The notes beneath the pieces are model-generated. The model was not told where the DNA came from. It ran no database searches and was given only the letters and a program-made list of their open reading frames with translations. From assembly GCA_977030845.1 (NCBI GenBank), contig OZ365110.1, forward strand, positions 21,700,001 through 21,764,000: 64,000 bases of DNA, in the 5' to 3' direction. Positions 39,993 through 50,102 of the stretch are shown in pieces. The translations under genes were made by a program, and so were the position numbers. Position 1 is the stretch's first letter; each line of letters starts with the position of its first letter. This DNA comes from Fimbriosthenelais zetlandica. Lineage: Eukaryota.

Positions 39993-40422
39993 ATGAGAGT
40001 GGCTCGAATTCAACCTGGAGCCATCTAATACACCCACCTACCCTTCACAACACCAGTCCTTTTCAGGGCTACATTCACTCTAAAGAATGATCTATTCAGT
40101 GTTTCACTCCCCAATAAAATAAATTTCTTTTTCCATCGTTTCCAACCCCATCCTTTACTTTTATTCGACCTAACTGGAGCGATAAAATCCAACAAAGTTG
40201 CAGGCAAATTCAATGTATTGAAGAAATGTTTCTACATATTAGCAATTTGTATGTAGCATAGGGTCTATCATAGACCATGGCTCTCTTCGGGCCTATGTAT
40301 ATCACCTATCTATAATTTTAATGATATGTCCATATGCTTTCCCAGTTCTGCAGCCTCAAAAACCATCAAATGTTAATTATTATTCTAAAACATCTCCCCA
40401 TATCCATGTGGAAAATCATTTA

Positions 40423-43400
40423 TTATTTGCGACGTAAACATAAGATGGCGAAGATTTCAACCAGTAACTCCACAGCTTCTACAGCCGTGACGAGGGAGGC
40501 GCCCACATAAAGACCAACTGTTCCTCCAAAGTCAGACCAAAACTGAGAACTCTGCAAAACACATTTTCAACCAATATGCTTAATATTTTTAAACATACCA
40601 TGAATTAATACGGATTATTTATGTTTGTGGGTAAATTATCTAGACCAACTGATCCTTCAACGTCTGATAAACTCTAGGAACTCTGCAAGGATATATTAAC
40701 AATCATTATCCTTACAATCTTACAATTAAATATATCTTGAATTAATATTTCCCCATAATTTTAAATTCTATCTGAAGACAAATATCATGTATCCACTCAC
40801 CTCATAAGTTTCCACTTCCTCCATAATTTTGGACGTCAAAGTTTGAATGTATATTTTGACGCTGGCCAAATTTGCCCTGTAAAGAGGTAATTATTAATGA
40901 ATGCCCATGATTACACAATCGTTATTCAGAAATGGTAGTGGGCAGTGACGTGGTAGAACGAAGTTTAAGTAAACATATCCAATGCATTTCATAGCAGGGA
41001 GACAGGACCCATAATCATGATCTGTTGGATGTGCATCAAAAGATGGCATATTGATAGCTATTTTTTTTATATTTCAGTGAATAATTTTGGGACTCGAAGT
41101 CTAGTAGGGACCCATTTCTTAATCATATATATTATCAGTATACATTGTATATAAGACTTACCTGATATGGTCTTGACGTTGAGGGGCTGATACGTTCTTG
41201 AATCTCTCGCATGTGGATGGATGAATAGTATCACACAGGTTGGAAATCAATTGGTACTGTATAAAGGCGAATTGACAAGAAATTACATAAAGTACTGACG
41301 ATTCTAAAAACATGTCATATTAGGAGAAGATAAAATACAGAATTCTAGGAATGAAAATTGAATGTCAAAAGAATTATATTATGTGCAAAACATACCCAGA
41401 CACCCGGGTCGGGCCATCGTGTACTTGAATGTCTAACATTATAGATCTTTTCCCTGAAATTAGATGGGATCATTATTTACGATGGCCGGATGCTCAAATA
41501 TTATAACGATACTCAGAACCGCAATGTATCACTATCAGAAAACAAAAGTTTCCGCTGAGAAATTACTCTCAGGTATACCGTATTATAATTTTCCCAGAGT
41601 ATACGAATGGATCATATTATTAACTCGGACATATAGAAGCTGGAAATATTGAATAACTTACTTGCAAGGTGAGCGACATTTGCAGGGCATGCTACTTTTT
41701 ATGATAGATTCAATAGCATCCCACATACATCCACAATCATCTAGAAATAAAAGCAATATACTCGAAATAAATTTTGAAAATCCACACTTCATTGATATCG
41801 AACTTATACTTATTAAGACAATTGAATGATAATCTGAAAGCAATTATCGATGATATTCTATTCGATCATCTAGCCACTTATATTTAAATTTACGTTTCTC
41901 ATTGGGTTTCATTTCGCAGACACAGTGACGAAGAGTTTCTCTTTGTTTTTTAGAGTAGTTCTCCACATAGTCGGGACGCATGCAACCACACTGCTCAGCA
42001 ATGAGCCGGTCCTCACACGTGTCCAAACAACCCTGAAAATATAATAAAATGTCACAATAATTTACGGCTATGTTTTTAAATTTTAAATTTTATTTTTAAA
42101 TTTAAGTCTTTACGCCATTTTTTCCAATTATCTATATTAACTTCAAAAGTATTTGAGAACATACACATGTTGTTCTGGGAATTAGTTTTTGCTGGTTCTA
42201 CGCCAATGATTTTAATATCTGTATTGCCTCTAAAATTTTTCTGGGAACAAAAGTTGCTTACCTCTCGAGTGTATTCATAGCCGAGGTTCGAGGTGAAGTT
42301 GGTAACGTCACCACATGGCGTGAACTGTTTTCCTAGTCGGGTTACGTTATCCTGGAAATATACACAGGGCAAATCTACTAGAAATTTGAAGATGTTAAAA
42401 AACAAATAAAACTAGCTAATCCATACAAAAACTATTCAATGCTATAATTATTATACCTCACAGCATGCGGGATGGAAGTAAATGGGTGTTTAATTTTAAG
42501 CTTACCGTATAGAGAGCTATGTAGGTTTTGAAGCCTGGTGCAACAGAGAAACTAAAGTCGCCCATGGTAGGTTTAGTGCCGTAAGGATGAATACGGAACT
42601 TAAAGCCAGTAGCGTGATTAACCGATCTAACATACTCGAACTCTTCAGTGTACAAAACCAAGCTAAGACCTGCAATTTATGGAAATATTTATAATTTTCT
42701 TCAGCAACACAAAATAAGTTTTTATTCACAAGTTGCTGATCACTGTCTTTGTTATTTGAACTACAAGGACAAAAACATATTATTTAATGCATTGTACCGT
42801 AAAATAATAACCAGACTTCATGGGGAGCCAATTTCTAGTTAAATTCATATACGTGTATATTATCAGGTATTAGATCATAAACATAACACGAATTGTCACT
42901 TACCAAAACGAATTCCTGAGCGTTTTGAAACCAGAGTAAAATTACGAATGTCATGACTGTTGAACGTATAACAGTTACCAAAATCCCTCGAGAACGAATG
43001 ACTGAAATTCCTGATAAATCAAGTGAAATTTAAATTAATTGACCAAGAGTACAAATTGATTTTTTAAGATAAAATCAACAGTCATTTCGTCCACTAGCAC
43101 TGTTTCCAGGAATATGCTCAATAAAATTTTTGATTGTGTAAGTGAAATCCATGTTTTGAGCATTATTTTATTCTTGAAAATAAGGAGCCAATATCAAATA
43201 TTTTACGTACTGGTGGGAGCATAGACGGCCATTAAATGTACAGTCCCTTATCATGCGTTTGGCCTGGTGACCCTTCTCCTTTCGCTGGTCACTGAAACAA
43301 ATAATATATACGATATATAAGGTATCCCATATTTCATATTATTTAAAGCTTGGAATTTCAATCATGTATTTTAAAGTCTCCAATATAAGTTCAAAGTTAA

Positions 43401-46400
43401 GCATGATTCAACAGAAAAAGCTCAATAATATATGCAATTTTAAAACTGTTAGCTATTTAAACATCGACATAATTATAGGTTCTTTAAATTATTGAACTGT
43501 AATAACCTAAGTTCTGAACGTACAGTGGTATTAGTCCAACAAGGTAATTGTATTCTTCCAACTTTCTGTCATGAAGTGATCGTGGCCCATAGCCAGTCTC
43601 TTCGTCGCCCGTTAATCCAGATCCAAAGTCGTATACAGGATCGGCGTGACCAACCCATTCTAGATCAAAAAGAATCTGGATTAAACTTTCAGAAAGTTTA
43701 TTCAACAAATTCGCACTTCTAAATGAAAAGTGACAAGTTCTGGGTTGCAATGTTATATGTGTACAGGGTACACATACAAAAGGTGGTATAGGATGTTTTC
43801 TGCAAGTTGAGATGAATGTCTATTGTTATATGAATGTGTAAGTAGTTTGAGAGGTAATGATAAGTAAGTCCGTTCAGTTACAGGGTCAGATTTAGACTGG
43901 CGAGTCACCGAGGTGCTCGCTCTATTTATTAACTCATTAGGGTAGCGTCCCCCAATCCCAAGCTGGGACCGGGCGACGCTACAGGGTGTGTAGTGTACAG
44001 GGTTGTACACAATATAATTCAGATCTATAACATCACTCCCTCCCCCCTTTCCAGATGGTGCCTGCTCAAAGAGTTTGAGGAGGCATCATCTAGCTAACTA
44101 GTTTTTAGTAATTCATTCTGGGAGAAGTTAGTGAGGTTTACAATAGATAAGATTACAAGAGATATTGATTAAACATAAGGTTTGAAATTGTTGTTTAACA
44201 TAAATCAACAAAACTGAACGAGATAGAGATTGTTAATTACCTAAATTAATGAAAGCTGTTTTAACGAATATTGGGGAGTCAATCGTTTAGGTGATATTCA
44301 GATTCAAAGTTAAAACATATTGTCATTATAATCTAAAATGTAACAATGATAATGACGGGAATCATCCCTCCCCTCCCCGTAGGGGGGTGGGGTGTGAACC
44401 AATTTTAATATTTAAGCTAAATTCAAACACAAGACACTTAGTAATTACAGAATAATAAAAGATGAGAGAGATGTGATAAAAAGGGCGCGGCTGCCAATCA
44501 ACTTATAATTTGGACAAGTAATCTGGCTTCTATATCTGGCAGCGGCTACTTGATAATAAACTCAGAGTTGGGTTAGTTTAGGGTGCTATGTTATCAGTTA
44601 GGTGATAATGGGATGGAACGAAGTGACGGTTTAGTGAACACACGCTCAAGTGTCGACGTGACGCTTTCACAAGGCGGGGCACAGTACATATATTTGGACC
44701 CTTATTATACAGAAGACTAATTAAATCGAATTGATAAGGATGCAGTGTCATCTCCTGCATTCACTCCTTTTAAAGAACTTCTAACAATTATAAGTTCGTG
44801 GAGCATTGAAACTTTGAGGAATTAACCGGACATACACTCTGTCCCGACCACAAAGTAAAAAAAAACACACATAATTAATACCATTAATTTCAAACATTTA
44901 AAAAAAAACACACACACACAATACAGGTTATTTTACCCTAAATCATAATTGCTTAAATGATCAGTGTCTTCAAGTTGTTAATGAAGAATATTTTCTGCGT
45001 TTGAAATGGGCGCGTTTAAAGTTTCTAAAATTCAATTTGCCCTCCAAGTGTCATTAATGAGTCCATATGGCATACATATACACGCGGCTGGGGTGGCGCA
45101 CTTCCTGATGGGGAGATAATGGCCACGAGCTGAGTTGGATAAGGGCCACGTGAGTAACTTGGGTTTCTGCTGGTACTGCTAGTGCATACAAACATTGCAT
45201 AATAACGATTGAACAAACCAGGCAAAAGATTCAAAAATAAATTATTTGATATACCAGAAAGTGCATCTGTCCAAAGTTCAAATTTCAAAGGTAAAATATT
45301 ATCAAAGTATACATCATTAAATGTAATGTTTCCTTATGAATTTTGTATGACACTGGGTAACAGGTAAGGGGGATTTGTATTAAGCAATTTGCAGTAATTT
45401 GAATAATATAATATAGAGGTAAACCGAAAAAAAAAATACTGTGTGCTTTTATGAAATTGAATATTTGAATAACACTAGTTCAGAAATTATTAAACCAATT
45501 GACCTAGTCAGCATTGACACATGTAATATAGCAGTCACAAATTAAATCAATGAGACACCTCAATAGCCAGTAAGACTTGTAAATGAGCCAGAAATCAGAG
45601 ACACTAATTAGTGCCTCAGCCTATCCATGATGCACGTTACCAAGCTGCCACCAATTTATGGTTAGTCACTGCCTAAGCACAAGAGCGTAGCTGTGCTACA
45701 TGAAGGAGCAACTCAGTTGGCTTTGGGCTTGGCTCAACTGAGCTGTTTTTTCACGCGGGTGCAGCTGATTCCACGCGCTCCTATGGCGTTAGCCGTATAA
45801 ATGACCAAGTGACAACAGATCAAAGGGGATTTGGGGGCGTCTATTAGTCACTGGTCAAGGCAAGTCGGCACGAAGCTACAAAGCTTTATGACAGTGACGA
45901 CAGCAAGGACGCGCTCCGACGAAGCGTCATGGGGAAGGGTGGCTTGATAGACAAACCACCTGGCTCATTACAGAGGTCACGAAGACTGACCTTTGGGTGC
46001 ACACAAACCAATCCGTTCCTGCCATAAACATAGTTGCTGATAAGCGTTGGTCATTAACCTCTGTGATTACATTACAGTGTTTGAACATATACAGAGTGTT
46101 AGGGATGAAAAGCGGGATGGTTTCCTTAATGATGGGAAAGTATGTGACTGTTTAAGAATTAAGGTTTACTGTTTATTTCAAGGTGGATGGTTGAGTCCCT
46201 TTGAATGTCGAGGAATGTATTTGAACTAAAGAAAGTGACTTGGGATTAAGCCAAAGTCATGGATTAATTTTGATGAAATAACTTAAAAGTCGAGAAGTAA
46301 TTCAGAAATAATATATTAATATACACACACAAAAAATTACATGCTTGTTTTACTATTTGAGAAAAAAAATGATATAGACAAAATGATGTTGCCCCAGTGT

Positions 46401-49400
46401 CAATGAGGAATTTTAAGATGCTAATAGATAATTATATATATTTCCTGGTTTGAACAATACATGCAAGTCCTACCTTAGTTTTCTATTTGTTCTTCTTGCG
46501 AACTACGTGGAGGATCTAATAGCCAACGTAGCACGAAGTTCAGTTGATTTTCCACAAGTCTAAAATGAACGTCATTATGATTATTTTGTTCCCTCAAATA
46601 TTTTTCTAAAATTGGATTGATCAAAGATGGTAGTTCTGTCATGTCCAAATAGGTCCTATTATCCGTTTGTGTGGATTCCTCACATTTTGGGGGGTTGTCC
46701 GTACCCACAGCAGTGTCGACTAACGATGGTCCTGTGTAGTCCTCGGTATCAACGTTAACATTGTCGGTATTAACACCAATGTCAACCTTTGATGTCTGAT
46801 TGACACTTACTGTTTTGTATTTGTTAAGCTCCTCGGTCAAGTTTTGAACTTGTGAGCTTAAGTCCCTCACTTTGCTCCTCAAGTGGGTACATTCACATGT
46901 GGCATAATTTACATTATTGTAGTTAATTCTCTTGTTTCTATTCCTTTGGCATCGTTGCCAGTTTCCTTTTCTTCTTTTCCATGGTTTTCTATATACGTAA
47001 TTTTCATGGCTATGTTCTTCCCGTGTTTTATGGAGTCCGTTTGTCCTCAGAGTAAAAGGGAGGTTTGTCTGATCTCTATGGCGCGCTTTATCATTATGAA
47101 TAGTCTGTGTGAAGCAGCGTCTTGCAAAGTGGCCTGTTTTGCCACATTTGAAGCAGGACCTGTTATAGGCAGGACACTGATGTGTGGCTGTCCATGTGAA
47201 GCCACACCTATAACAATCCTCTCTCCAATTTATCATTTTGAAATCCTCATATGGGAGATAACCATGTTCTTGATAGTTCCGTAGGTGTTGGCTGGAACTA
47301 TGTAGGTAGGAGAAGGAATCTAACCCCTGAATCGGTCCAAAAATTCCAAGTTTTGCAAAATCCACAAAGTAATATTGTGATGTTGAGAGGTATCGAAATT
47401 TCGGGCTTCTCCACCAGTGAGATGAATGTCTATTGTTATATGAATGTGTAGGTAGTTTGAGAGGTAATGATAAGTAAGTCCGTTCAGTTACAGGGTCAGA
47501 TTTAGACTGGCGAGTCACCGAGGTGCTCGCTCTATTTATTAACTCATTAGGGTAGCGTCCCCCAATCCCAAGCTGGGACCGGGCGACGCTACAGGGTGTG
47601 TAGTGTACAGGGTTGTACACAATATAATTCAGATCTATAACAAAGTCATCATAAAGAAATGGCCCACGACTGATGCTTAAAAATACTGACATTCCAATAT
47701 TTGTTAATTCTTTCCATCCTGATGCACAAGTACATTCATTGCAGGATGTATTACTTACAATTTTTTAATCACGAAGTGTTTAATAGCAGAACATGATCTG
47801 CAATTATTGAGAAAGTAATTAAATTTGCAAGATCAATTATGTAAATAATTGGCGGAGAATTTAAGGGGGGAATACCTAGTCATTTAGGGACGTAATATTT
47901 ATGAAGCATGTATTTCCGTCTTAGTTTGCCTCCACATACATATTTAATTGTATAGTATTATGTACATTATGAGCGCTTGTTTGACTTGCTCTCCAGTCTC
48001 ATGCCATAATCAAACATGGCCATGGTAAGGCGATGCATGGAAGTTTGAAGGGAGGCGAGTGGGGGCTATTTTAGTCTCAAACGTGACAGTGAGTGGGAAA
48101 CCACTCATCTACGTTCCCACGCCCTGCGTATTTGGAGATGCAAATAAAACCCCAGCACACTTTAGAATTGAGGGCTAACACTTAATTCAACACAAATGTT
48201 AAACGCAATGTACAATCTGTTAGTCTACCCTATTCCAAAACCATGCAGATTTTGCGCTTTCAAATATGAATAAATGGATTGAGGCTGATGCATGTGAGCA
48301 TGCATGTGATTAATCGAGAAATTATATTTATCACGCAACCTATGGGGATTGGCATCCATGGGCAAGTACAGTGATATCATTATGAAATATTCCTCTATAG
48401 TGTTTGCTATCGATCAGTGGAAGGACATGACTCTAGGAAGGATTATAAGCTGGTGTCACATTGAGGGAAATTATGTTGATCTACATCTGGGGTCCGTTTC
48501 TAAACAAATACATGTATTTTGTATACAAACACTATGACCAATATCCCTGCATCCCAGTTTGGAACGGGCCCCAGATTTATAATGCATACCTGTGCCAGGA
48601 GGCTTTCCAGAAATGTTCACATAACCAGTCGGGAGTGAATTCATTTTAATGAATTTTTCCAGAACAGTATCTGCCGTCTGGCTGAGCCGGATGGAATTTT
48701 GGTTGCAGATGGTAACACTGGGGAACGGTTGGGTTGAAGTCCTAATGGATATCGCCACATTCGATTCATATTCCAGGTATTTGACAACTATGAGCGTTGT
48801 CTGAGAGAGGAGAAAGTTCATGAAAATGTGCATTCAGGTTTAACCAATTAAAACATTTTTCCAAGGAAAAAAATAGGCAACCATAAAGAAAAATGTTTAG
48901 TCTCAAATAAAGATAGGTCTTGACTAGAAAATTGATGCGAAATGAGAATGATATCATAAGTAAGAAACCTGAAGGCTTTGCTTAAAGTGAACAGTTTAAT
49001 TCCTAGGGTATTAAATAACGCCACCTGTCATTAGGTAAATGTACTAACACTCGATCATCCTCGATGTCCCCCCTTGTGTTTGGCGTCATAAAAATTTCAT
49101 TTTTTCAACAGCGGAAACTTGTGTTTTCATGACAACAAATGAGAAAGAAAACAAAGAATGTTTACCTGAATTATTGCTCCAGTGATGGCACAGAGAAAGA
49201 CGCAGAGCCAAATTCCTTTTTTCCACCAGGCCGTGGTTTGCCCCATATTAGAGATACCCTGAAGTGAAGTTCGTCCACAGAATTTCCTCCAGGATTTCCT
49301 TATTGAAGGCACAGAATCATCCTCTTCATCTTCCTTCTTCTCATCCACCACCTTTTCCAACTTTTTGTTTTCCAGGCCGTACTCGGGGCCCAATTTTCCA

Positions 49401-50020
49401 TTTCCCAAATCCTATAATTATGACGATTCAAGACGAGTATTGATAGCAAATATATAGGCGCAAAATATATTTGGGCAAGAGACAGAATTAAACTTTAAAT
49501 TAAAGCACTGAAACAGTAATATCAATACAGGATTGCTTGAATAATAAATTATGAAATCTCTTTTAAAATCAATTTTCATAAGTAGCCTAAGGCGTATGTG
49601 CAAAATACACACATTATTTCTTTCGAATTCCCAAGTCGTGAATTATGTTGAAATACAAAATCGTTTAAATAAAAACTTTAGAATTACATGTACTAAAACT
49701 CTTGACCTCAACATAATAATTATTAAATGTTCACTTTCACTGCTATTTAAGGAATAACCATGGAAACACTGCCAATATTATGTAAAAATGATTTCTGAAT
49801 GGCCACGTTCAAAATGGTTAAATTTTTCCCTTTTAATACAGCGCCATGTAGAATAGGACTAGTTTATGTAAACCATTTGTATGAAGCAGAGCTAAGTAGA
49901 AAATCTTGAAAGATGAAAGAGGGGTACACCTTGTTCCCCTGTTTGATCTAAAGGTATATTTACCTTCTGCACATCCGTCGCAAAAGCAAGACTCGTTGTC
50001 CCCATTTCCTTATTTTCCAT
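40423..50020 (-). CDS. DEG/ENaC (amiloride-sensitive sodium channel superfamily) subunit, possibly FaNaC-related clade; 555 aa
   Basis: Fourteen exons with matching phases: 50020-49964, 49411-49166, 48800-48590, 43659-43524, 43291-43211, 43010-42904, 42669-42506, 42351-42262, 42032-41894, 41740-41662, 41453-41396, 41256-41162, 40876-40801, 40551-40423 (1668 nt). Motifs: TSLQG; TM1 WKKGIWLCVFLCAITGAII; FPSVTICNQN; GHQ...CTFNG; FGNCYTFN; GLSLVLY; Cys-rich thumb; RWP; TM2 FWSDFGGTVGLYVGASLVTAVE. Confidence 0.93.
43808..44032 (-). repeat. 3' LTR
   Basis: 224/225 identical to 47418-47642; preceded on the minus strand by the PPT. Confidence 0.95.
46475..47236 (-). CDS. Retroelement zinc-knuckle (nucleocapsid-like) protein with basic patch, coiled coil and TQT-type motifs; 253 aa from the AAAATG start
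   Basis: CYRCGFTWTATHQCPAYNRSCFKCGKTGHFARRC: a degenerate knuckle plus a canonical CX2CX4HX4C, the arrangement typical of Gypsy gag C-termini. RKPWKRRK basic patch; heptad LRSKVRDLSSQVQNLTEELNKY. Confidence 0.85.
   Translation of the reverse strand: MINWREDCYRCGFTWTATHQCPAYNRSCFKCGKTGHFARRCFTQTIHNDKARHRDQTNLPFTLRTNGLHKTREEHSHENYVYRKPWKRRKGNWQRCQRNRNKRINYNNVNYATCECTHLRSKVRDLSSQVQNLTEELNKYKTVSVNQTSKVDIGVNTDNVNVDTEDYTGPSLVDTAVGTDNPPKCEESTQTDNRTYLDMTELPSLINPILEKYLREQNNHNDVHFRLVENQLNFVLRWLLDPPRSSQEEQIEN
47418..47642 (-). repeat. 5' LTR
   Basis: Followed on the minus strand by C + PBS TGGTGGAGAA. Confidence 0.95.
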
Positions 50021-50092
50021 CAACTAGCCGTTTTCGCCCCCAACCACCTCACCTGGCTCTGAGGCTTGGGGTACGTAGGGCTTGGGAAAAAT

Positions 50093-50102
50093 CTTTTATA
50101 TA
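50093..50102 (-). promoter_or_regulatory. TATA box of the DEG/ENaC gene
   Basis: TATATAAAAG on minus, ~75 nt upstream of the ATG at 50020, whose 57-nt exon splices in frame (AAG|GTAAAT). Confidence 0.6.

Larger units (their letters stand above)
43808..47642 (-). mobile_element. Young non-autonomous LTR retrotransposon (Gypsy-like), 3835 bp, gag-fragment-only, inside intron 3 of the DEG/ENaC gene
   Basis: LTRs 43808-44032 and 47418-47642 (225 bp, TG...CA, one mismatch at 43841/47451). 4-bp TSD AAGT at 43804-43807 and 47643-47646. PBS TGGTGGAGAA at 47416-47407, 1 nt from the 5' LTR. PPT GGAAAGGGGGGAGGGAG at 44052-44036. No pol ORF. Confidence 0.95.

Noticed and set aside
39998-40030. Helitron-like 3' end (hairpin plus CTAA|T) after the mini-gene
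   Set aside because: Only a 6-bp stem directly abutting CTAA, and no convincing A|TC 5' end.
43753-44010. 85-aa ORF duplicated with the start of the 405-aa ORF
   Set aside because: It is the 3' LTR read in the same frame, not a gene duplication.
44620-44850. Integrase C-terminal remnants (RDRVYVR, PRTY, RRHL) in the LTR element
   Set aside because: Only 4-7-residue matches with wrong spacing and intervening stops or frameshifts; not supportable without a profile search.
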